DNA of 64,000 nt from Candidatus Dojkabacteria bacterium (lineage in GTDB: Bacteria > Patescibacteriota > Dojkabacteria > B142 > JAFGFJ01): positions 141,115-205,114 of the forward strand of contig JAFGFJ010000006.1 in assembly GCA_016931155.1 (NCBI GenBank), given 5' to 3'. The notes under the pieces are model-generated. The model worked only from the letters and a program-made list of their open reading frames with translations. It had not been told where the DNA came from and did no database searches. Below, piece by piece: positions 37,784-47,600 of the stretch (position 1 is its first letter; each line of letters opens with the position of its first letter). Both the position numbers and the translations under genes were made by a program.

Positions 37784-38857
37784 GTGGACACAATGCATAA
37801 ATCAAAGATAAAAACACTTTTTATAGGCACATCGGAGTTTGCTGTACCGACCCTTCGTGCCTTGGCTCTGAGTAATCTCGTGGAACTTGTTGGAGTGGTA
37901 ACTCAGCCTGACAGGCCGGCAGGAAGAAAACAGGAACTCGAAGAGCCTGCTGTGAAAAAGGCTTATTTGGAACTTAAAGACGAGGGTACTTTGGAAAGAG
38001 ATGTGGAAATCTTCCAGCCTGATAAAATAAAGAATGAGGCAGAGAAGATTTTGAAGTTGACTGAGCCAGAATTGATAATCGTGGCTTCCTATGGACAGAT
38101 TCTTCCCGCAGCTATTATCAATTATCCAAAGTACAAATGTCTCAATGTTCACGCTTCTCTATTACCTGATCTGAGAGGTGCGGTTCCCATCCCCATGGCG
38201 ATTCTTAAAGGCTACGAGAAGACAGGAGTATCGATCCCTGTTATGACGGAAGGACTTGATGATGGGTCGATTGTTGTACAAAAGGAGTTGAGGATTTCGA
38301 AGGATGATACGACAGAGTCTTTGACAAAAAAGCTTGCAAATCTCGGAGCGAAACTTCTTATCGAAGTACTTTCTTCCTGGATTAAAGGAGAAATTGAGCC
38401 GACTCCACAAGAGGAAAGTGCAGCAACTTATTGCTACACAAAAGATATTTCAAAGGGAAAAGCAGAGATTAACTTTGATAAACCCATTGATGAGATAGAG
38501 AGAATGATAAGAGCTTTTTTTCCGTGGCCTGTTGCGTGGATGTGGATAGAGCTTGGTGGGCAGAAAAAACGACTAAAGATATATATAGCGAAGAAAGTTG
38601 ATATGAATTGTTTTGAGAGTAGATACAAATCTGATGTTTCTATGTTTGAGAGTAAACAGGAGGATTTCAGAACACATATTTACAGGGTGCTTCATAAACT
38701 TTCTGTCGAAGAGAAAAGAAATTGGGTATTTATTTTGTTCGAAAAAAAGTTATTCCTAGTGACTAAAGACGGAGCAATTGAGTTTATGCGAATACAACTA
38801 GAGGGTAAGAAAGTAGGAACTGGTAAGAGTTATCTCTATCTTGCACAAAAGAAATGA
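37784..38857 (+). CDS. fmt: methionyl-tRNA formyltransferase
   Basis: LFIGTSEFAVPTLRAL, IIVASYGQILP and LNVHASLLPDLRGAVPI match Fmt. An insertion after the PDRPAGRKQ loop and a C-terminal extension give 357 aa. Confidence 0.8.
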   Translation: MDTMHKSKIKTLFIGTSEFAVPTLRALALSNLVELVGVVTQPDRPAGRKQELEEPAVKKAYLELKDEGTLERDVEIFQPDKIKNEAEKILKLTEPELIIVASYGQILPAAIINYPKYKCLNVHASLLPDLRGAVPIPMAILKGYEKTGVSIPVMTEGLDDGSIVVQKELRISKDDTTESLTKKLANLGAKLLIEVLSSWIKGEIEPTPQEESAATYCYTKDISKGKAEINFDKPIDEIERMIRAFFPWPVAWMWIELGGQKKRLKIYIAKKVDMNCFESRYKSDVSMFESKQEDFRTHIYRVLHKLSVEEKRNWVFILFEKKLFLVTKDGAIEFMRIQLEGKKVGTGKSYLYLAQKK

Positions 38858-39570
38858 ACATATCTGAGCTGCATAAATTTATTGATCAATGGAGAAAATT
38901 AAAATCATACCCTTCAGCAGGTGGGTGGCCGGATAAGCTTTTGCTCACTCCGGGTATCTGGAAAAAACTCTCAGAAATAATGAATTATACTAAAGGTGAT
39001 GGTCATGAGTATGCGGTAAACTTATTTTATGTTGACGGAGAAATTGTTGTTACACCATCTACAAGAGGTACTCGAGAGAGCGTGACTGCAAGGAACAAGA
39101 TAGAGGTGAAATATGAACCTGACAGGAAGGGATATTACTCGAAGAAAATATTCATTGATTCAAAGTTAGTTGGGAAAAGCGTGCTTACTCAAAGCAAAGT
39201 ACCAAAGAAAATAGAAATAAGTTATCTTTTTAATGTTCACACTCATCCTGTTTGGAAAAATCTGGGTCAAAAGGGAGTTTCTGTCGGATCTGAAAGCTAC
39301 AGTTTTTTCTCCGATACCGATATAAGAAGCTTTTTATTGTCACCTGCACTTGTAATGGGACTTCTTACTGATAGATTGTGGCTTGTGTGTAAAACAAGTG
39401 GATCTATAAAAATATTGGGTGAGAATGGGATAGAGAGGCTTTATGATATCAGTAAAGATATTTTTGAGGGGAAAGGAAATGCTGAATCTTTGATAAAAGA
39501 CAAGCTGGCTAACTGGGGTCTTGTGTTTTACAGGGCGGGAAAAAATCAAAGTCTGGTGAAGGTTAATTGA
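38854..39570 (+). CDS. hypothetical protein
   Basis: 238 aa, with a 4-nt overlap with the fmt stop. HTHP...SDTD loosely resembles a JAMM motif but the spacing is wrong. Confidence 0.45.
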   Translation: MNISELHKFIDQWRKLKSYPSAGGWPDKLLLTPGIWKKLSEIMNYTKGDGHEYAVNLFYVDGEIVVTPSTRGTRESVTARNKIEVKYEPDRKGYYSKKIFIDSKLVGKSVLTQSKVPKKIEISYLFNVHTHPVWKNLGQKGVSVGSESYSFFSDTDIRSFLLSPALVMGLLTDRLWLVCKTSGSIKILGENGIERLYDISKDIFEGKGNAESLIKDKLANWGLVFYRAGKNQSLVKVN

Positions 39571-39663
39571 GTCCTGCCGTTACCTGGCAAACTGTCAGGA
39601 GATTTAAAAGTGTTACCCGGTAAAAGATAAAACAGCCTGCCTATGCTATAATTCAGGATTCTT

Positions 39664-40455
39664 TTGGCTCATAGAAAAAGAAAAGATATGGGAAAAACAA
39701 ATACGGTTGATCTTCTTTTTGAACTGATAAAAACCAATTTTAAACTCAGGTACAACAATTCAGTACTGGGTTTTGTCTGGGTTCTTCTAAAGCCATTTTT
39801 AACATTTTTAGTTTTGTACATTGTTTTTTCCAACTTCAGGGGGAATTCGTCCATCGATAATTACACTATTTATCTTCTATCGGGAATAATACTTTTTACT
39901 TTTATTAACGAAGGAGTACTTTTTGGACTAAACTCTCTCCTTGATAAAGCAAACATTATTCTTAAAGTTAATTTCAATAAGATAATTGCAGTGCTCAGTT
40001 CGGAGATCATGGCTCTGGTAAATTTTCTGATCAATCTTCTGATTTTGTCTATCTTTATTATTTTTAATCCAGTAAACATTTCTGTTCTGAGTTTTTTTTA
40101 CTTATTGTTCATACTTTTTGTAATCTCGTTAGGATTAGTTTCAATTTCTTTGTTCTCCAGTATTCTTATCTTAAAATTCAGGGATTTGCAGAATATTGCT
40201 GAACTTGCAATGCAACTTTTATTTTATGGTTCAGCTATTTTTTATCCCGTAGAGCAAATCCCCGGGAGGTTTCAATGGCTTATTAAACTGAATCCACTCT
40301 ATAATCTGATTGATGCCGCAAGAAATGCTCTTGTGCAGGGGGAGATTATCAATACGAAAGAAGTGCTGATCATTTTTTTTGTTATTGTTTTCTTCTTCTC
40401 AATTGGGGCAATCTTCTTTTCCAGGAATGTAAAAAAGGTAGCTGAATACTTCTAA
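39664..40455 (+). CDS. ABC-2 type polysaccharide/teichoic-acid exporter permease (Wzm/TagG-like)
   Basis: 263 aa and 6 TM. The N-terminal LIKTNFKLRYNNSVLGFVWVLLKP is typical of ABC-2 permeases. Confidence 0.7.
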   Translation: MAHRKRKDMGKTNTVDLLFELIKTNFKLRYNNSVLGFVWVLLKPFLTFLVLYIVFSNFRGNSSIDNYTIYLLSGIILFTFINEGVLFGLNSLLDKANIILKVNFNKIIAVLSSEIMALVNFLINLLILSIFIIFNPVNISVLSFFYLLFILFVISLGLVSISLFSSILILKFRDLQNIAELAMQLLFYGSAIFYPVEQIPGRFQWLIKLNPLYNLIDAARNALVQGEIINTKEVLIIFFVIVFFFSIGAIFFSRNVKKVAEYF

Positions 40456-40456
40456 T

Positions 40457-41326
40457 ATGGGAAATCTATTCGAACCAAAGGTCTCAATTGTAGTAGTGAA
40501 TCTCAATGGTGAAGATGATACTTTCGAATGTGTGGACTCATTGAAAAAGATTGGCTACAAGAATTATGAAATTGTTGTTGTTGATAATGGCTCTTCAAAG
40601 AAGAATTACGAAAGACTTAAGAAAAACTTAAAAGGCGTAACAATTCTCAGGAAAGAGGAAAATCTGGGTTTTACGGGAGGCTATAATGTTGGTATAAGAT
40701 ACGCAAAGGCATCAGGTTCCAGATATGTTGCCATATTAAATAACGATACTGTGGTAGATGAAAAATGGCTTTCTGAATTTGTAAAACTTGCTAAAGAAGA
40801 AAAGAAATTTGGAGTGATAGGGTCAAAATCGTGTTACTACGGTCAAAGAGAAATTATCCAGACCGCTGGTCTTGCCTTCAATAAGTTCTGGGCTACTTTT
40901 TATGAAATCGGAAACGGTCTTAGAGATGAGGATCATTATAATGAAAACAGAGAAGTAACAGCTGTGAGTGGAGTTTCTATGCTGATGGATTTAAAAAACC
41001 CGCTAGAGGATATATTATTTGATGAGGAACTATTTCTCTATTACGAGGATGTTGATCTATGTTTGAGAATGAAGAGAAATGGTTATAAAGTGCTGTATTG
41101 TGCCAAGTCAAAAGTCTATCATAAGATTTCAAGGACAGCCAAAAAGGTGAAAGGTCTTAGCTTGTATTGGGGGATAAGGAACAGGCTTAGAGTCATAAGA
41201 AGATACTATGGTTTTATTCCATATGTCTGGGTATTTATCAGACTTTTGGTAAAGGGGGTAGTAGATTTGTCTGTGATGGATAAGGTATCAGCTAAGGCTT
41301 ATTTTAGGGGATTATGTAATAAATAA
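40457..41326 (+). CDS. family 2 glycosyltransferase
   Basis: VSIVVVNLNGEDDT, VVVDNGS and ILNNDTVVDEKWL (DxD region). Confidence 0.8.
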   Translation: MGNLFEPKVSIVVVNLNGEDDTFECVDSLKKIGYKNYEIVVVDNGSSKKNYERLKKNLKGVTILRKEENLGFTGGYNVGIRYAKASGSRYVAILNNDTVVDEKWLSEFVKLAKEEKKFGVIGSKSCYYGQREIIQTAGLAFNKFWATFYEIGNGLRDEDHYNENREVTAVSGVSMLMDLKNPLEDILFDEELFLYYEDVDLCLRMKRNGYKVLYCAKSKVYHKISRTAKKVKGLSLYWGIRNRLRVIRRYYGFIPYVWVFIRLLVKGVVDLSVMDKVSAKAYFRGLCNK

Positions 41327-41454
41327 TGAAAAATTTAGTTGAGATAAAAAATCTTTCTAAGGTGTTTGAAGTACCAAGAGAGAAAAAACAGACCTTGAAG
41401 AGCCATTTTCTGGATTTATTTAGAAGAACGAGTAAGGAATTTATACTATTATAG
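41326..41454 (+). pseudogene. 43-codon remnant of an ABC transporter ATPase (Wzt/TagH-like) N-terminus
   Basis: MKNLVEIKNLSKVFEVPREKKQTLKSHFLDLFRRTSKEFILL then stop. It parallels the N-terminus of the full wzt-like gene on the opposite strand and is coupled to GT2 by a TAATG overlap. Confidence 0.5.
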
Positions 41455-41462
41455 TAAGGAAT

Positions 41463-42668
41463 CTATTGTTCCCATTTACTACTGACTAGGATATTCCCTC
41501 TTTGTCCGTTGTGAGGAGACTTAGTATTTACAGTAAAAATGGTTCCCTTGGGATAGAAGTCATAATACTTTGTCTCACTTTCACCAAATACAACAAAATT
41601 TACAAAGTACTTCCCCGATAACAGCGATGTATTATAGATATTAAACGAAATACTTCTTTTTTCCTTGTTTATTAATATCTTTGCGTACTTTGTATTTGTT
41701 CCGAATAAGTAGAAACCAGTCTTTTCATCATATATACCCAATCCTATGTGTAGGTTCTCGACGCCCTTATTTATTTTATAATCAATTCTGAACTTTATAT
41801 TATCACCCACTGTGAAGTTGTTCCCATCTTTTTTATTCTGATCTTCTATTGCTATTTTCGAAATTCTTACTTGTCCTGTGCCAGGCCTCTCTTTTTCTGG
41901 TGATCTATTTTCTGATTTTATTTCAGATTTATTGACCAATTCATGGTAGTGAAATATTATGTCTCTCACTTCCCCTTCTTTTGCAATTTTCCCGTCCACT
42001 AGTAGAACAGCTCTATCGGAAAACTCTTCTACTTGAGATAAAGAATGAGAAACAAATATGATTGTCTTTCCCAGCTTTTTCATTTTCCTAAAGTATTCAA
42101 AGCACTTTTCTTGAAAACCCATATCTCCAACAGCCAAGACTTCATCAAGTATATATATGTCAGCATCTGCTTTGATAGCTATTGAGAACGCTAGTCTCAC
42201 CTGCATTCCAGAAGAGAAGTTTTTAATGGGAACGTCTAGAAATTCTCTGATTTCAGCGAAATCAACAATCTCATTAAATTTTTCGTTGATAAATTTTCTA
42301 GTCATTCCAAGAATTGTTCCATTCAAGTAAATATTTTCTCTAGCACTTAATTCTGGGTTAAAGCCAACGCCAAGCTCTAAGAAGGGTATTATTTTGCCTC
42401 TCGTAACTATATTTCCTGAATCTGGAAGATATATTTGTGAAATAAGTTTTAACAAGGTCGATTTCCCGGATCCATTTTTTCCGATTATGCTGATAAACTC
42501 TCCTTTGTTTATTTCGAGAGTTAATCTGTCTATTGCTATAAATTTTTTTTTCCTTATTGGCCTGAAAAGATTGAAAAATCGAGATTTTATTGTGTCTCTT
42601 TTTTCACTGACTATTTCAAAACTTTTCGTTACATTATCTATTTTAATTGCTGTTTCAGTTTTCTTCAT
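41463..42668 (-). CDS. ABC transporter ATP-binding protein with C-terminal Wzt-like carbohydrate-binding domain
   Basis: Walker A GKNGSGKSTLLK, signature FSSGMQVRLAFS, Walker B ILDEVLAVGD, plus a ~150-aa beta-rich C-terminal domain. Confidence 0.8.
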   Translation of the reverse strand: MKKTETAIKIDNVTKSFEIVSEKRDTIKSRFFNLFRPIRKKKFIAIDRLTLEINKGEFISIIGKNGSGKSTLLKLISQIYLPDSGNIVTRGKIIPFLELGVGFNPELSARENIYLNGTILGMTRKFINEKFNEIVDFAEIREFLDVPIKNFSSGMQVRLAFSIAIKADADIYILDEVLAVGDMGFQEKCFEYFRKMKKLGKTIIFVSHSLSQVEEFSDRAVLLVDGKIAKEGEVRDIIFHYHELVNKSEIKSENRSPEKERPGTGQVRISKIAIEDQNKKDGNNFTVGDNIKFRIDYKINKGVENLHIGLGIYDEKTGFYLFGTNTKYAKILINKEKRSISFNIYNTSLLSGKYFVNFVVFGESETKYYDFYPKGTIFTVNTKSPHNGQRGNILVSSKWEQ

Positions 42669-42735
42669 TAGTGGTATTTTGTATAAATTTTATTCTTATT
42701 GAAATACAGAAGTCGATTTCACCAGTATGATTATT

Positions 42736-43686
42736 TTACTCTGATAATTTTCCTTTAATTTTTTGTAGAGAATTAATGACTTTCGTCAGACCAGTTTTTT
42801 GAGATACCTTAATTATGTGTTTATTTTTACTAAGAATTTCAGATAATTGCTCATTTTGATTCCTTAAAGAAGTTAATTCTTCTTGCTGTTCTACTGTTTT
42901 CCTTTCTAGATTATGCAAAAAAGTTAGCCTTTCTGTGAGATCGGGAGTTTCACTATAGCTAAAGATATTTTTGGGAATTCTACTTAAAGAGCTACGGTTA
43001 GAAGTCGTCAGATTAATGTAGTTTTGAAAAGAATCCTCGGCAAGCAGATACTGCTCTTTATAATATTTTGAGAATATTCTATCTTCAATATAACTTGGAT
43101 CTAAACCTTGAGATTGGATTGCGTCAAGCAAAGAATATAGTCCACGAAAAATTACAAAATCTCTTGGAATTGGGAAATTCCAAGTCCACTCATAATCGAT
43201 GTTATAAATAATTTTTCTATTTATTGTGAAATTATCGAGGTTCAGATCAAGAATTCCTGGTTTAATCCATGCAGTCTCTTCATTTAGGTGATGGCCAAAA
43301 ATATTATTAAACTCCTTATTTATAATGGGAGGTTTTTTTATCTGATCCAATTTGTTAATAATCTCTTCAAGATAAAACTTAAATAGTTCATCTATATCTT
43401 TATAATCTCTTTGTTGAACACTCCTATACATTCTATTAAGTAGATTCTCCCCATTTATATATTTAAAAATTACTCTGTTATCAACTATGTTAGGTTTTAA
43501 TATTTGAAAGGGGAGATGGTAACTCGAAAGGAGTTTGTATTTGTTGTAAAAACTTCTTAGGAATTGTAGAGATGAAGGGAATGCAATTTTGTGTACAAGT
43601 AGGGATGTGCCATTACTAACAAAAGCAGTCATTAATCTAAACTTTTCCTTTCTATTTTGGTTATGTCTTACGTATAAAACTTTCAT
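42736..43686 (-). CDS. hypothetical protein with C-terminal coiled coil
   Basis: 316 aa. No motif recognised. Sits in the glycan locus. Confidence 0.45.
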   Translation of the reverse strand: MKVLYVRHNQNRKEKFRLMTAFVSNGTSLLVHKIAFPSSLQFLRSFYNKYKLLSSYHLPFQILKPNIVDNRVIFKYINGENLLNRMYRSVQQRDYKDIDELFKFYLEEIINKLDQIKKPPIINKEFNNIFGHHLNEETAWIKPGILDLNLDNFTINRKIIYNIDYEWTWNFPIPRDFVIFRGLYSLLDAIQSQGLDPSYIEDRIFSKYYKEQYLLAEDSFQNYINLTTSNRSSLSRIPKNIFSYSETPDLTERLTFLHNLERKTVEQQEELTSLRNQNEQLSEILSKNKHIIKVSQKTGLTKVINSLQKIKGKLSE

Positions 43687-43695
43687 ATAACTTAC

Positions 43696-44586
43696 TTATT
43701 TCTTAATACTAATTTGAGACTTTTTTGCTACGATTAGAAATGCGTTAGAAAATATGTCAAAATACCCTGATTCAATTAATTGCCTTGCGACCCTTGCCTC
43801 ATTAAATAGTTCTGTTCTGTTGGTAGAATGTTTGGATGGATATATTCCTGCCTTCGGAAGAAAATTATTTGTGGGCAGATACTGGTCACTAAATATTTCA
43901 TCAGGAAAGTGATAGTGAGGTAGGGGATAATAGAAAAAGATATCTGAAAATCCTGTATCCTTGAGCATTTTACTGATTTCATCTTTACTGTAGGTTTGTA
44001 TGCCGTTATGTTTTGGGTACCCCTCGATACTCTCAAAAAACCCTACAGTGTGATCCTCTGGAGCTCCAGCCCAGTATTTTAGTCCAAACTTATTTTCTAT
44101 GGCAAGAATAAACTCACCATTTGTCTTCATAAGAGAACAGATTTTTTTGAGTAGCGTTAAGGCTGGATTTTTTGTTTTAATAAATAACCCTGAATATTCT
44201 AAGACACCGATAGCAGTGATAAAATCATACTTACTATCCGTTTCATATTTCATGACGTCGATGGGGAAAACCTTTAAATTTTTTAACTTTTTATATCTTT
44301 CTTTTATGATTTTTGCTCTTCTATCTGAAATTTCAATACAATCTACATGTTTCACTCTTGAGGTAAAAAGTCCTGTCAGTGCTCCACAGCCCCCGCCAAT
44401 TTCAAGCAAATTACCGCTTGAATGGAAATCATACCAATTAAGTAAGTTTTCTCTTCCTGGTGACAGATGAGCTATGAAAGGCCAAATCCCTGTTCTAATG
44501 AGATTATCCCTCTTTCGCTGTGATCCAACAGATTCCAGTAAAGCTTTTTCCACTTCATCCCCATCTGAATAAACCATAGTATTCAT
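43696..44586 (-). CDS. class I SAM-dependent methyltransferase
   Basis: LEIGGGCGALTGLF (motif I), CIEIS, and a typical fold length. Confidence 0.7.
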   Translation of the reverse strand: MNTMVYSDGDEVEKALLESVGSQRKRDNLIRTGIWPFIAHLSPGRENLLNWYDFHSSGNLLEIGGGCGALTGLFTSRVKHVDCIEISDRRAKIIKERYKKLKNLKVFPIDVMKYETDSKYDFITAIGVLEYSGLFIKTKNPALTLLKKICSLMKTNGEFILAIENKFGLKYWAGAPEDHTVGFFESIEGYPKHNGIQTYSKDEISKMLKDTGFSDIFFYYPLPHYHFPDEIFSDQYLPTNNFLPKAGIYPSKHSTNRTELFNEARVARQLIESGYFDIFSNAFLIVAKKSQISIKK

Positions 44587-44677
44587 ATTTGCTTAAGATG
44601 TTGTAATGTTATCACTAACTAGGACATTAAAAAATTGAATTGCTAAACCTTTGTTAATTAGATTCACTTTAAATGTG

Positions 44678-47600
44678 CTATATACCATTTAACTCACTGA
44701 AGGAGTTATTGTATCTTACTCTTTGCGTTGTGAATATATTTTGATCGGAATAAATTATTACTGGTCCTCCAGTTTGTTCATTGTATTGTGGAGTTATAGT
44801 CTGACCGGGGTTAACTCTTCCATCAAAGATAATAACGCCTTGAACCGTGATTATTACAATCGCTGTGGAATTAATCGATGGATTCCCAATAAGAATCCAT
44901 GCCTCTCTTATAACGCCACCCCCGTCACTGTCGTCATACCATGTATAGAACTGTTTCTTGTTTAATTTATTGTTATCAATAGATTTTGTTTCATTAAAGG
45001 AGTTGATATATCTGACTCTTTGTGTCGCATATATGGGTTGCGTACTAGTTACTACTATTGAACCTGTACAACATAGCTCATCCCATTGTACTGAGTTGCT
45101 ACTATTCGCATACACATTTATTACCTTATCGGGTTGTCCTGGAATTCTTAATGTGACCGATGTGTTTGAATCATTAGGATTGCCTATTAGTATGTATGCT
45201 TCTCTATGAATGCCTCCATTTTCGCTGTCATCGTACCAAGGGAAAAAGTGATTACTTTCTATATCTGAATTAGTTACAGCCATTATTTCGTTGAATGAAT
45301 CCATAAATTTAACTCTTTGAGAAGAATAAATATTTACTGGTATACCAGTACTTTTTTCTACAGCAGTTATCTTTACAGGGCCACCTCTTTGTTCGTCAAA
45401 TTGAAAACAAGTGCTTTCTCCGGGGGATGCAGACTGTGTATGTAATATAACTTGTCCGCTTGTATTTTTGAACTGAACTGTAACATCAACGTTTGCAGAA
45501 ACAGTTTCTGGTATTCCTGCGATGATCCATGCCTCTCTTACGACTCCATCGTCACTATCATCATACCAGGGGAAGTACAGCAAATTGGCTAACTCACTTG
45601 AAGGGAAACCCGTGATTTCTTCAAATGATTCGTTATACCTTACCCTTACCGAAGAGTAGATTGGTATACCGTTAGTACTGTTAACAACAATTGGTCCTCC
45701 GGACTGTTCATTAAACTGTGGAGTGATTCTTTCTCCTGGGGCTAACGTTTGATCTATTTCCAAGACACCTTTGTACCAAACCTCTATACTAGCAACTTCA
45801 GCTTGGCTTTGGTTTGCTATTATAAGCCATGCTTCTCTTGGTATACCAATGTCACTGTCGTCATACCATGGGAAGTAGTATTTTGTATCAAGATTTCTTT
45901 CAGTATATCCTACTAAGGAGTTGTCCAATTGCAGGAGCCCGTAACCGGTTTGTGTATCAAACCCTGATGATGCTACATCTTGTGCACTGCTCCTTAATCT
46001 AATATTAATATCTATTGGTGTTATGTTCGGGTGGATACTTTTCATGAGTGCAACCGCTGCACTCACCTGAGGTGCGGCAAAACTTGTACCAATTACTGTT
46101 GTAGGTGAAGTGTTTGAAGTGAAGGCATTGAAAAGGTTTACATTCGTTTCATCTGAACAGTTGTTTTTATTGGGATAGCATGAATAAGATTGTGATGCAA
46201 TTTGGGGTCCACTATCTCCAACAGGGGCAACAAGATCCAACTCGTCTCCATAGTTTGAGTAACTTGCACGGTTGTCATTCGCATCTGTCGCTCCGACTGC
46301 TATTACATTTGGAAATGAAGCAGGGAAGTAGTTTGCAATATCCGAGTTGTCATTTCCTGCCGCAGCTACAACAACAACTCCGGCATTGACAGCGTCATTA
46401 ATTGCCACTTGCATCATAGGGTCAGTCCCGACTCCTCTGAGGCTCATGTTTATAACATCAGCACCATTTGCTACAGCATATTCAATAGCCTGTGAAATTA
46501 CGAAAGAATCAGCAACTGTCCTGTAGTCTTTGCTTGAGTTTGAACACGTAAGATCAAGATTCCCGGAAGCATCCTGGCACATTGATCTGTCATTCGGATA
46601 AAAAACTTTAATTGGCATGATGCTTGCATTGTGTGCTATTCCAATTACCTTGTTTGGTGCAGTATCACCTGTTCTCCCCGCTAGAATTGTTGTAACAAGA
46701 GTGCCATGTCCATAGTCATCATTTGCATGGTCGATTTTGGCAAGCTCATTTGCATTACAGTCATTGGCAGGATTTCCATCAATAGCTCTAAGCATGCAAA
46801 AATAATCCTGCACGGCATCATATGGACTTACAATATTTACACCACTTAATTCTGAGGATTGTGAATATTGCCTTTCATAACCTTTATAACTGCCGTTTAC
46901 GAAGGTACCATCTTGTGTATTATTTGTTGGATACTCAAGGTAGATTCCATTAAATTTTCCAACAGTATAGGAGTTATCATTTCCAGCGTCATATACATAG
47001 TTTTCATAGGATGCCCCTGTATCAAGAACAGCAACAACCACGGAGGGGTCGCCTCCACAGGAGTTGTCACTTGTACATCCTCCCATTTCTTTCCATGCCT
47101 CAGGAAGTTTGGTTTTTTCAGCTGTCCAGTGAGTAGCAGTATCATAGTCGCTAGGGATAGATCTTTCAGGGTCAGTATTGTTCCAGCTCTCAGTTTTGTA
47201 AATATAGATTGGCTGAGGATTAGTCTCGGGAGCCACAAGAAGAATCTCTCCTATGAGTTGATCTATTTTTGAATTGTCGACCTTATAGATTATTTTATTT
47301 CCGAGTTCTGCTAAGCTCTCTACACCACGTGACAGTGTTAGTAATTTTTCTTTGGTGAGTGCGTTCGATTGGGAAGAGTTGAGTGCTACCCGTGCCTTTG
47401 TTCCATCAATAATGTAGTTTCTATTGTCTATTAAATTGTTCCTTTTAGCATCAGCTGATCGAAGATTGGAGTTTAGTGGTTTCATTTGGACTGCACGAGA
47501 AGCAACAGTTTCTAGTTGATTGTAGATTCTTCCAGGACAGGCTGTTGCCGCAAGATCTCTGTGTCCGTAGAGTCCAGTTCCGCTTTTTGGGTCACCACCT

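Noticed and set aside
39230-39330. JAMM/MPN metalloprotease motif in ORF 38854-39570 (HTHP...SDTD)
   Set aside because: His-x-His to Ser spacing is about 21 residues instead of the canonical 7 to 10. Kept only as a hypothetical protein.
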